Source: Botryllus schlosseri (lineage: Eukaryota). From it: a stretch of DNA of 64,000 nucleotides. The position numbers and the translations under genes were made by a program. The notes under the pieces were generated by a model. It saw only the letters and a program-made list of their open reading frames with translations, ran no database searches and had not been told where the DNA came from. Location of the stretch: assembly GCA_051294905.1 (NCBI GenBank), contig CM119371.1:32552001-32616000 (forward strand), written 5' to 3'. Below are positions 39,709 through 48,669 of the stretch, in pieces (position 1 is the stretch's first letter; every line of letters begins with the position of its first letter).

Positions 39709-40489
39709 TTATGACAGTGAATAGCAATTGCTCATGCGAGAATTGAAAATGATTACCTTTTCGTTGCCCGTACACGCAAATGTCGTACGGCACACAGACG
39801 AAGGTTCCGCAGCAATAACAGCTCAGCTTCTAGCACGAATTATTGGCTATATCACTGAGAAAACAAAATTAAAGTAAGCCACATGGAATTTACACCGAAA
39901 TACTAGAAATCATCTACTTTTAATTTACTTATTTAATCGGAACTGGAATACTCACACCACTATACACATTTACAACTTATCTCGACTCTCTGACATGACT
40001 CAAAGAATGAATTCTGATATTTATGCAATTCACTACACACTCCACCGTCTCTGAAACCGAAATAAAATGCAAAGCCCTCTCCGGGAATGCTACTTAACTT
40101 CAAAATATGGTACAATCCTCCGTATCTTCTGCGCAGGCGCTCTTCGTTGTCAATTCTTCTTGCGAGAACGTCGCGATGCCTTTTGTTTCCGTCGTCGCTG
40201 TATTGCTGATTGATCTTTCTCGCCGTTGTGCAAGGCGAATCTTCGATTGTCAATTCTTCTTGCGAGAACGTCGCGATTACTTTTGATGTCCGTCCTCGTC
40301 ACTGATTGTTGATTGAACGTTTTCACCTTCGTGCGATGCGTATGGTCTTTCTCGCCGCTGTGCAAGGCGAATCTTTATATTTATCGTGTCCGTGGTCCGT
40401 TGCTATATTGCTCTTTCTCGCCGTCGTGCAAGGCGAATCTTTATATTGATTGTCTTCTGTCGGTCGGCCGGTCGGTCTTGATTGATTGA

Positions 40490-40506
40490 ACGTCGGGAGG
40501 TCACCA
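40490..40506 (-). promoter_or_regulatory. Primer-binding site, tRNA-Trp-like
   Basis: TGGTGACC(TC)CCGACGT, 1 nt after the 5' LTR. The tRNA-Trp complement is TGGTGACCCCGACGTGAT, so this has a 2-nt insertion. Confidence 0.8.
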
Positions 40507-40507
40507 C

Positions 40508-41080
40508 TTTAACGCAGAGCGAATGTTTGTAGTTGTATAATTGTATATCTGACTCCAAGAAAGGTTGCGTTTACAATTCGCTGCGTGTTTCTTCTTTCGT
40601 TCGACGGACCGGCGTACGGCCTTTCGTACGACCTTGTTGGCTGACGTACCACGAAGCCTGTCTCTTGCACACGTATTCGATGGATCACACTGACGAATAT
40701 ATTTTGTTTCCGTCTCCCCGACTTGTAACTTTATTGAATGTCACGTACGGTTCAAAATGCAATATATTTCTCGTAATTGGCGAAGTACTTATGAATGTCT
40801 ATCGACTTCCGAAACAGCTAATAATCATGAATATATATCAACTTCCGAACCAGCTAATAATCATGAATGTATACATCAATGTCTCTACCTGGTATTACAC
40901 ACGTATATCTCGAAATGAACCCAACGTCGTACGATTTCATATTTCGTTATCTACGTTCACACGACAAATTATACGACTCACAAAGGTATTATCAGGTTTC
41001 AGTTCAGGGAATTAGGTAAGGTTCACAACACTCCCTATTTCTCAAATCTAAAAATGGTGTGAACAATATATTTCGTTAAA
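40508..41080 (-). repeat. 5' LTR
   Basis: Direct repeat of 36579..37151 with the same TTTAACG...CGTTAAA termini. Confidence 0.95.
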
Positions 41081-41767
41081 CCCAAGTCGTGGAAGCGGAG
41101 TTATTGCAGTCGCTAAATTTGGATTTGAATAAAATAGTAATTACGGTCGGCACCACTATAATAAATATTTGAAGAATTGGTCACCGTAAATACTATTTTA
41201 TTCATAATCCAAATTCTTCGACGGCCATAACTTCGCTTCCACTGGTTGGAATTGAACCAAATTTGGTGAACATCGTTACTATAGACAGCCTAACAATTTC
41301 ATGGGGTGAACAGAAATTTTCAAATTTTTTGGTATTTATTTATATATAGTAAATAGAAACTTTCTTCTCTTGTAGCAATGCGTCTACTGGTTGGAATTGA
41401 GCCAAAGTTGGTGTGTAGGCTTGCATTAGGTACGGTTCTCAACATTAAATGACTTGGGAACCCCTGTGGCCGAGCTGGGCAATTATTTTTCTGAGAATAA
41501 CAAGCAGAAATACGTTGAAGGATAAGTCAAAAGTTGGCACTATATGTGGTGCATGAATTCTAAAATGATGTTAGTCTGAGTTTTAGTTCTAGTAGCGGAT
41601 TTTGAAAAGTGAGTAGTTCTAGTTTTAGTTGCGGATTTTAAGAAGTTGTTAGTTCTAGTTTTAGTTTTAGTTATCGTTCCTGGATTGAAAAATAATGAGT
41701 AGCTCTAGTTCTAGTTCTAGTTGCCCTTTTTGCACATCGAGTAGTTTGTACAAGTCTGTGCACGAGT

Positions 41768-43010
41768 CAGGGTTGTATCCAAATCACAAGGCTTCGAGTC
41801 ACAAGTAAATCTCATTGGTACAGTGTTGAATCGCGTCATTTTCAATTCGACACCGAGTCAAGTCAGGGTGCAGAGGGTCAAGTCCGAGTCATAGTCTTAT
41901 GATTCGAGTCCGAGTCTGTGTCATTGTGTTGACTGCTCGGTTTCCAGTTGAAGTCTTGTCATTATAGGGTTACCATACGTCCTCTTTTAAGAGGATATGT
42001 CCTCTTTTTTGAATTCTTTGAAAGTGTCCTCGGAGGACGCCCTTTTGTCCTCTTTGTTGAGAATTTAGGTCATATTTACTGCAAGATTGGACTGATATCC
42101 CGTAAATCAGCGCCGGAGTGGTGCTCCGGGTATTCCAGGAGCTGGGCGGGTAGTTGACCTTTATTTTTAGTCAACCATCTGACAATGTGGAGGGAAAAAA
42201 GTGTATTTTGGGCGCTGAGGGAGAAAGTTGACTTTTTCTTTGGTCAACGGACTCAAAGTGGGACAAATTTACCATTTTTAAAGAATTCTCCTCTGGATTT
42301 GCAAGTCTGAAAATTCTGAAAAAGTGTCCTCTTTTCAGATTTTCAAAATGTTGTAACCCTATGATATACCCATTTTATTATAACACTGTTTGGTGATATC
42401 GAATGGTTCGCATTTATAAAATACTAATTTTCCTCAATTTTGGCCGTTTCTGCTCTCATATTCAAGTACCAGTATACCAATAGATGAAATCCCGACAGTA
42501 TGGTCACTACACTATTTTTCGAAATAACAATGAAACGTCGGTCTTGGTCGTCTGAGTCTCGAGTCATATGACTCGGTTCGAGTCATGAACCGTATTTTGA
42601 GAAAATGAACCGAGTCAAGTCGAGTCATCAGAATGTCGTGACTGGAGTCGGATTCGAGGCATTAGAGAATCCTTGTATGAACCCGTGCTCGATGGTTGTT
42701 ATAGCAACCAGGGTTGAAATGACTCGAGTAAAGACTCGACTCGAGTCGAGTCATGTTTTCAAAATACGGAAATGACTCGACTCGAGTCAATCTGTGTATT
42801 GACTCCACTTGGACTTCATTTCGCATGACTCGAGCCAAGTCATATGACTTGTGAATCAGACGACCAAGACCGACATTTCATTGTAATTTCGAAGAATAGT
42901 AAAGTCACCGCACTATTGGGATTTCATCTATTGGTACTGGTACTTGAAAATGCGACAAAAATCTGTTCGAAGTGTGAAAAGTTAGTATATTATAAATGCG
43001 AACCGGAATC
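41768..43010. mobile_element. Cluster of GACTCGAGTC-family MITEs (inverted copy about 41768-42675, partial forward copy from 42710) with nested GTCCTC-family MITE 41965..42361
   Basis: CAGGGTTG termini, similarity to 34344..34901 and 7054..7480. TSDs degraded. Confidence 0.75.
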
Positions 43011-44022
43011 GCCTATGCCCATGCGTAACAAAAACAAATTTCTTTAGTGAGGAACACAGACTCCCAAGCTTTATTTCTTTGTGGAGCTCATCATTTTCTT
43101 CTGCTGTTGGCATATGTACTGTGAAGCTAAAATTGATCGAATGAAGTCGCATTGAATCACGCAGGACGCGAAGAAAATTTCAAGATTACTGAATCTCTTA
43201 AAGAATTTGGGAGTCATAAAGCCTATTTGCAGGTCCACTGCCGTCAACACATAGTAATTGAATCACATGTCAACGGCCGTATAAATTTACTTCTACGGAC
43301 GCAGGTTGGCCACCCCTTGCAATATAGGGATAGCATATTTTGAGACCCAAAATCAGGCACTCATTACAAATTCGAAATTTATTATATTGGACGAGAATAC
43401 GGGTAATTTGAAAACCTATATAGGATATCCTGTTGTGTTGCCTTAAAAGAGTTATGTTACCATCTCCACTCCTGCAAAACCAACGAAGTAGCTCGCAACT
43501 CGTATGTTTAAACAAACTTCGCTAAGTTGCGACCGTACGAGTTCATGACATTTAGCAGTAGAATAAAGGCAAAGTCGCATTTCTTTGTAGTTGCATAGTC
43601 GTAATGGTAATTTGGATGAAAATTTATTATTATTGACGGCTTACCAGCAAAAAGGTTGAGAGTGAGAGTGAGAGAGAAAGAGAGTGAGAGGAAGACAGAA
43701 AGAGAGGGAGAACCATAGCCCTAGATGTCAATAGCTTCTCAGTGCTTAGTGCTCAGAATTTCACATCCCGTGGTGGATTTGAGGGGATTTCGGTATTCTG
43801 GCAAAGTCAATATTTGGATTTACGGAATCAGTGCGTCGATAGCATTTGATTGATGCTAGTTATTATAAATTATCAGCTGTCCATGATGAATTACATTATC
43901 GAGGTGAGGCACGACTGGCAATTATCTTATACTTGTCCAGACGACAGGTGAGGTATTGCCTCACTCCCCTTCCTGACTGCACGTCACTGAAATGATCCCT
44001 CCGCAGTACCATGCTTATTGCT

Positions 44023-45125
44023 TAGGGCCGTAACAGTACTTCGTCAGCCCCCCTCAAAACGGTGGTCTCGGGCCCCTATATGATGATATATCGAACTGCT
44101 GGGGTGCTTCTCCCCCCAGACCCCTCAGGCCGCACGCTGTTTACCACTACTTGTAATCTACATTGGAGGCCGTTTACTGAAGCAGCATTTCTGGCGTTAA
44201 TGCGCGAAGCGCGAAAGATTTCTATTATTCATGAATGATTCGGTCAATAAGATCGGGAATTGCATGTATATTGTTGTTGCAATCAATTTCTTGTCCTCTC
44301 TGCTCACGTAATCAGATTTACCGGTAGAGCTGACTGAGGTGTCTTGGATACTGTATGGCCCGTTGGTATGACTCCGTAGCATGATGTTATTTCGTGACCT
44401 CCTGTCTGCTATATAAAAAAAATAGAATCGCCCAAACGTAGGCTATTAAACTAAAAGACGCACACGATTTTAAATTGGTATTTCTTCACTGGCATATAAT
44501 TTTTCCGTGCGTGATGGTATCTGTCTTGTGAGGTTCAGATTGCCGAGACAAGAACATTCGGCGGCCGTCATTTAGGCGCATATGGACAATTAAACCTATA
44601 TGTGCATATAACGAAGTTTTCGGTCAGCACAAGGGCAGTGCTTTTCGGCCAAGGTTTTCTCGCTGCCGATCGTTCTGGCACACTTCTTGGAGTCGCATGT
44701 TACATGGCGTAAAACACTGGTTCTCAATTTTTTGTCTTCGCGGACCTCTTTTAGACCACCACGGACCCCGCAGACCCCCGCAAGTTTTCGTTCAAAATTA
44801 GCTCGATTATCGCGCAACCGTCATCTGTCTCGTGCAGTGTAGGCTATTGATAAACAGCAACAAAATGACTTTTCTTGAAAATAGCATCACAGTATATGTA
44901 AAAATTGGGTAGACTTTTATTATATAGTAACGAATTTTGCAGCTGTATTTATTGTCTTGAAAATCCGTGACTTCGATTGGATACGAACGAGTGCCAAAAA
45001 TCCATTTTCACACATATATATTGGTGGCGAATGTAATATTAACGCGTAACGCTTTCGACGACAGATTTTTGTTGTGAGTTTTTAATAAAAAGTTCACGTC
45101 CAGCCTAGTCGTTTCTATCTGTCGT
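44023..45125 (+). mobile_element. CAGGACCGT-family element fragment plus the left part of a hAT MITE (from 44717), truncated by a deletion
   Basis: 44490-44716 matches 63470-63700. 45093-45125 matches 1-34 and then jumps to the equivalent of about 780. Confidence 0.7.
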
Positions 45126-45518
45126 TTCTGGTCTGTTTGGCAGACGGGTCCATGAAAAGTATTTTGTCTTTGAAACCGCTCCGCAGAGCTAAAATGGTTG
45201 CCGACCCCTTCCTTAATACACACTTTATAGGGTTGTGTTCTGTGCATCCTTCAACTATTTGAAATCTTTTTATATCTGAAAACTCCTCAAAATATCAATG
45301 ACTTTAGACAGACACACATTGAGCAAGCACGTGCATTGCAGTTTTGCACCAAAGCCACCCATGGTATGTATAATTTTGCTATGTCTTAAATTGGAACTTC
45401 TTTGAGTACGTTTCTGTGACTTCATTCTACGCTCAGCTCAGATAAGTGTTCTTGAGATGGCCTATCCACAATGTATGAATCTCAAAAACTTCAGATATCC
45501 AATACTAAACCAGCTAAT

Positions 45519-46050
45519 CAGTGGTTCCCAACCGGGGGGGGGGGGGGGGAATTTTGAGATTTTTAGGGGGGAATATGACTTTGGCGTAGTATCGGAAGAT
45601 ACACTGGGTTCACATGGTTTATAGATTTTTGTGGTATTGAACTGTAGAAATTATTTCTTTACAATTGTACCTATCTTTGGCCGATTTTAGGCTAGGTGGC
45701 GGATTTCAATGTCTTCCGTAGATAATACACCCCCTGATAAAGTGAGGCTCTCGAGACGTTCTCGTTGGGCCCGCGACAGCCTCTCGACCAAATTGCTACT
45801 AAGCAGAAAAAAGCCAAGCCGAATTCGACACAAGGCCGCTGGTGAAATTGTTTAACTTTTTAGCCATACGGTCCCCAATCGACAGGAATCGGACATAACT
45901 GAATATGTCTGGCCATTAATTGCTCAGTCAACAAGTGGCTGGGCGTTAAAAAGCACCTTTTTTAGTCACAGGCAAATTTTTCATAGGGGGGAATTTTAGC
46001 TTAAATATCGGCCATTGGGGCCACGAGACGAAAAAGGTTGGGAACCACTG
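45519..46050 (-). mobile_element. hAT MITE related to 1165..2669, opposite orientation
   Basis: TIR CAGTGGTTCCCAACC...GGTTGGGAACCACTG. Flanks AGCTAAT and AGCTAACA. Confidence 0.88.
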
Positions 46051-46425
46051 AGCTAACAGAATACATATCTGTAAAAGTATCAGTAATAATCACCCACGTT
46101 ACAAGAACTGCAGCAGAGACTTTATTAAGCGTCTAACCGTCGAAGCGGCTAGATGCGAAAGACACAGGAACAACACAAGACATCACTACTATAACAGGGA
46201 GCGGTATAGAGCACGGCTGCCACATATCGACTGCAATTGTACATGTGAATATCCCTATGCATTTTATGAAACGTCCATGAATTTACGTCAGGAAATATTG
46301 GAGAATAAAATCGAATAATTGGACGGAGATGAAAAAAAACGTTTTTCAGATACTTGAATGTAATACATGTTAATGACTTCACCCCTGGAGTAACCCTTCG
46401 CAGTATATGCTGTCCCCCATGCATT

Positions 46426-48294
46426 TCATCCATGATTGTTGCTGCCAGTATGCACATTCATATGTCGCTGGAGGTTATTCTTCTGAGTAAACGCTCTCCC
46501 ACATAAATCACATTTATGATTTTTGATGCCACCATGTATATACATATGAAGCTTGAGGAGACCCTTCTGAGAAAATGCTTTACCACAAACATCACATTCA
46601 TGTTTTTTGACACCAGCATGCATATCCATATGTTTCCTGAGATTATTTTTTTGAGTAAATGCCTTCCCACATACATCGCACCCATGATTTTTGATGCCAG
46701 CATGCATATTCATATGAAGCTTGAGGTCTCCCTTCTGGGTAAATGCTTTCCCACATACATCACATCCATGATCTTTGATGCCAACATGCATATTCATATG
46801 ACACTTGAGGTGATCCTTCCGAGTAAATGCTTTCCCACATACATCACATCCATGGTCTTTGATGCCAGTATGGATATTCATATGTTGCCTGAGTGCATGT
46901 TTATAAGTAAATGCCTTTCCACATATATCACATTTATGTTTTTTGATGCCAGCGTGCATCTTCGTATGAACCCCGAGGCTCTTCAGCTGGGCTAATGTCT
47001 TCCCACATACATCACATTTAATACTTTTGCTGCCAATATGCGTTTTCATATGACAATTGTGATCAATCTTCCTAATGAATGCTTTCCCACATATCTCACA
47101 TTGATGTTTTTTGACGCCATCATGAGTATTCATATGAATTTTAAGGCAACGGTTACTGGTAAATGCATTATCACATACATCACATTTACGATTTTTGATG
47201 CCGGAATGCATCTCCATATGAATATTGAGGTCATTCTTCCTCAAAAATGGTTTACCACAAACATCACATTCATGATTTTTGACACCAGCATGCATATCCA
47301 TATGAAGGTTGAGGTGGGCCTTCTGAGTGAATGCTTTCCCACATACATCACATGCATGGTTTTTGATGCCAGCATGCATATACATATGTCGCCTGAGTTT
47401 GTTCTTATCAGTAAACGCCTTCCCACATACATGACATTCATGATTTTTATTGCCAGCATGCATATCCATGTGACACTTGAGGTGAATCTTCTGAGTAAAT
47501 GCTTTCCCACACACCTCACATTCGTGATTTCTGATGCCAGCATGGATACTCACATGTTTCCTGAGGGTATTTTTCCGAGAGAATGCTTTTCCGCATACAT
47601 CACATTTATGATTATCGATGCCTGAATGCATATCCATATGAGCATTGATTTCAGCCGTTCTGATAAATGTTTTACCACATACATCGCATTCGCGATTTTT
47701 GATGCCTGAATGCATCTCCATATGAACCTTGAGTTCATTTTTCCTCATAAATGGTTTACCACAAACATCACATATATGCTTTTTGACACCGGCATGCATA
47801 TCCATATGAAGATTGAGGTCGCCCTTCTGGGTAAATGCTTTCCCACATATATCACATCCATGGTCTTTGATGCCAGCATGGATATTCATATGTTGCCTGA
47901 GGTCATGCTTATAAGTAAATGCTTTTCCACATATATCACATTTATGTTTTTTGATGCCAGCGTGCATATTCATATGTTGCCTGAGGCTACTCTTCTCAGC
48001 TAATGCTTTCCCACATACATCACATTCATGTCTTTTGACGCCAGTGTGCATATCCATATGAGACTTGAGGTGGCTCTTCAGATGAAACGATTTCCCACAT
48101 ATACCACATTCATGACTTTTGATGCCAACATGCATATTCATGTGTCGCTTGAGGTCACCCTTCATAGTAAATGTTCTCCCACATACATCACATATATGAG
48201 TTTTGGTGTAGACGTTTCGAGAGAATTCTTTTTTGGCAACATCGCATGGATGATCTTTCAAGTCGTGATTAATAGATAATTTTCCTGACTCCAT
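46426..48294 (-). CDS. ZF3: tandem C2H2 zinc-finger protein, 622 aa from MESGK, 21 fingers
   Basis: 21 x 28-aa repeats, all with both Cys and both His. 34-aa leader nearly identical to ZF1. ORF open upstream to 48366. Confidence 0.95.
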   Translation of the reverse strand: MESGKLSINHDLKDHPCDVAKKEFSRNVYTKTHICDVCGRTFTMKGDLKRHMNMHVGIKSHECGICGKSFHLKSHLKSHMDMHTGVKRHECDVCGKALAEKSSLRQHMNMHAGIKKHKCDICGKAFTYKHDLRQHMNIHAGIKDHGCDICGKAFTQKGDLNLHMDMHAGVKKHICDVCGKPFMRKNELKVHMEMHSGIKNRECDVCGKTFIRTAEINAHMDMHSGIDNHKCDVCGKAFSRKNTLRKHVSIHAGIRNHECEVCGKAFTQKIHLKCHMDMHAGNKNHECHVCGKAFTDKNKLRRHMYMHAGIKNHACDVCGKAFTQKAHLNLHMDMHAGVKNHECDVCGKPFLRKNDLNIHMEMHSGIKNRKCDVCDNAFTSNRCLKIHMNTHDGVKKHQCEICGKAFIRKIDHNCHMKTHIGSKSIKCDVCGKTLAQLKSLGVHTKMHAGIKKHKCDICGKAFTYKHALRQHMNIHTGIKDHGCDVCGKAFTRKDHLKCHMNMHVGIKDHGCDVCGKAFTQKGDLKLHMNMHAGIKNHGCDVCGKAFTQKNNLRKHMDMHAGVKKHECDVCGKAFSQKGLLKLHMYIHGGIKNHKCDLCGRAFTQKNNLQRHMNVHTGSNNHG

Positions 48295-48669
48295 GTCGCT
48301 CTTTTTATGGAAATGACAATGGTGTTTATTTATTACAGTGGTAATAATATCTGTTTTCAAGTTCAAAGTGGTTATTACATATTTTCCACAATTTTTTCAG
48401 TGTATATACCGGTAAGTAGTTCTATGACAGCATGGCATGGTCCGATAATTATGGAACTATGAAAGTGTTGAACTAATCTTAACAAAGAGAAGCATTAGGC
48501 GGTAGAGAGCGCCATTGTCATGTTATTATATCTTGCAACAAAAATAATATAACATATTTTTACAATTTGATCGGATTTAATCGAATATCATCAATACGAT
48601 CATCAGTTTGATCACTTTTGATCAAATCAAAATATAGTCAGATAGTAACATTATAAAAAAGGTAATGAG

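Larger units (their letters stand above)
36579..41080 (-). mobile_element. Non-autonomous Ty3/Gypsy LTR retroelement (CsRn1/Kabuki-like), 4502 bp
   Basis: Two 573-bp LTRs with about 8 substitutions counted. 5-bp TSD CCCAA. tRNA-Trp-like PBS, polypurine tract, gag fragment and pol relics. Confidence 0.93.
36392..41429. mobile_element. Foldback (palindromic) element of about 530 bp, interrupted by the LTR element
   Basis: 36392-36578 plus 41086-41150 is the imperfect reverse complement of 41180-41429. Repeated CCAAATTTGGTTCAATTCCAACCAG motif. Confidence 0.8.

Noticed and set aside
36579..41080. piggyBac interpretation because TTAA occurs at both ends
   Set aside because: TTAA is also at both internal LTR junctions. 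The direct repeats, PBS, PPT, gag and outer CCCAA duplication fit an LTR element.
35448..43710. (TTG)n at 35448-35477 and GA-rich run at 43656-43710
   Set aside because: Ordinary simple repeats. The first is probably a SINE tail.
46426..48192. CRISPR-like pattern of constant repeats with variable spacers
   Set aside because: The 84-bp period is a coding C2H2 repeat in eukaryotic DNA, and no cas genes are present.
4745..48294. Retrogene origin of the intronless ZF ORFs
   Set aside because: Homology extends well beyond the putative poly(A) signal and upstream, including shared TE insertions, so the copies are DNA-level duplications.
48295..48366. Upstream in-frame extensions of ZF3 and ZF2 (25574..25672) given by the ORF track
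   Set aside because: The region differs between paralogs by frame-breaking indels and is out of frame in ZF1. The CGACATGG start is common to all three.
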